This document shows positions 42,601 through 43,189 of a DNA stretch of 43,189 nt, in pieces. Within the stretch, counting starts at the first letter, position 1. Each line of letters starts with the position of its first letter. A program made the position numbers and the translations under genes. Under the pieces are notes generated by a model that was not told the origin of the DNA, made no database searches, and saw only the letters and a program-made list of their open reading frames with translations. The stretch covers positions 1 through 43,189 of the forward strand of contig MEDY01000350.1 in the NCBI GenBank assembly GCA_001724265.1, given 5' to 3'. The stretch is from Rhizaria sp. SCN 62-66. Its lineage: Eukaryota.

Positions 42601-43189
42601 CTCAGAGCGCGCTACAGGCTTAGTTGGTACCACTGCGCTCAGTGCGGCGTATGCGGCATTCACGCTCACATCAGGCACTGGGGATTACTTCCAGTTTGCG
42701 GCTACTAACGCCATGGCTATTTCGCGCAGTAACTGGGCGTCGACCTATGTGTCTGGCTACGGCGCAAGCTGCTTCGCGGCGAGCGCAGGCGCTGCTGCAT
42801 ACTCCTCGTCGACGCCGCAGACTAGCATCTTCGGGCCCTATTCCCTCGCGCTGCCGCCGCCGCTGATCGCGAGCTTTGCAGCTGGTCTTGCATCTGCAAC
42901 AACAACTGCGACTCTGGCATCTTATGGTCTTAACATCATGCTCGCCCCGCGACTCCTCCTGCCGACTAAGACGAATTTCATCGTGTACATTGACGGCTCT
43001 GCTTGTGGACTTACCACGGCATCGTTGCTCACTTTTACAACTGCCAGTACGATCTCTGTCAAGAACATGGGCTCAGGGGCGATGGGATTCACTTGTTCGA
43101 AGACGACTTCGACAACCACGCAGTTCGGATTCACCTGTACGGGCACCTACAACTACTCCGTGAGTGGTGATTTGATGGTTGTGATTACG
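36629..43189 (+). CDS. Large secreted/cell-surface Ser/Thr-rich protein with degenerate Cys-containing repeats; 3'-partial; one in-frame TAG at 41417
   Basis: Signal-peptide-like MKLAFSRVITRLVVIVALWCTISA. Manual translation shows the same frame stays open for 590 codons after the TAG, to the window end, with unchanged amino-acid style. Confidence 0.8.

Noticed and set aside
1-43189. tRNA (including a CUA suppressor), rRNA or snRNA genes; species assignment
   Set aside because: None recognisable by eye. The organism cannot be named from this window without a search.

Overview
Gene-dense, GC-rich eukaryotic (probably protist) nuclear DNA with AT-rich GT-AG introns of about 130-200 nt and proteins inflated by Ala/Ser/Asn/Gln low-complexity inserts. 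In order, the genes are: a partial organelle-targeted TypA/BipA GTPase (-), a RimJ/RimL-type GNAT acetyltransferase (+), the splicing factors SUGP1 (-) and PLRG1/Prp46 (+), Sec62 (-), a ~22.5 kb six-exon gene encoding a ~7,200-aa pseudokinase + HECT E3 ligase fusion (+), and a >2,180-codon secreted Ser/Thr-rich repeat protein running off the right end (+). Main observations: (1) two unrelated genes each carry one in-frame TAG in otherwise continuous coding sequence, while all five visible gene ends use TAA or TGA. This suggests UAG reassignment or readthrough, but errors or nonsense alleles are not excluded. (2) A 15-16 bp imperfect palindrome (STAAG-TACCCC-CTTAS) and a second motif (CTCACRGTCAC) recur in exons and UTRs regardless of strand and frame. 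(3) The inferred splice donors are all GTNCGY rather than GTAAGT, and 8 of 9 complete introns have lengths divisible by three. All calls come from manual reading; no searches were run.
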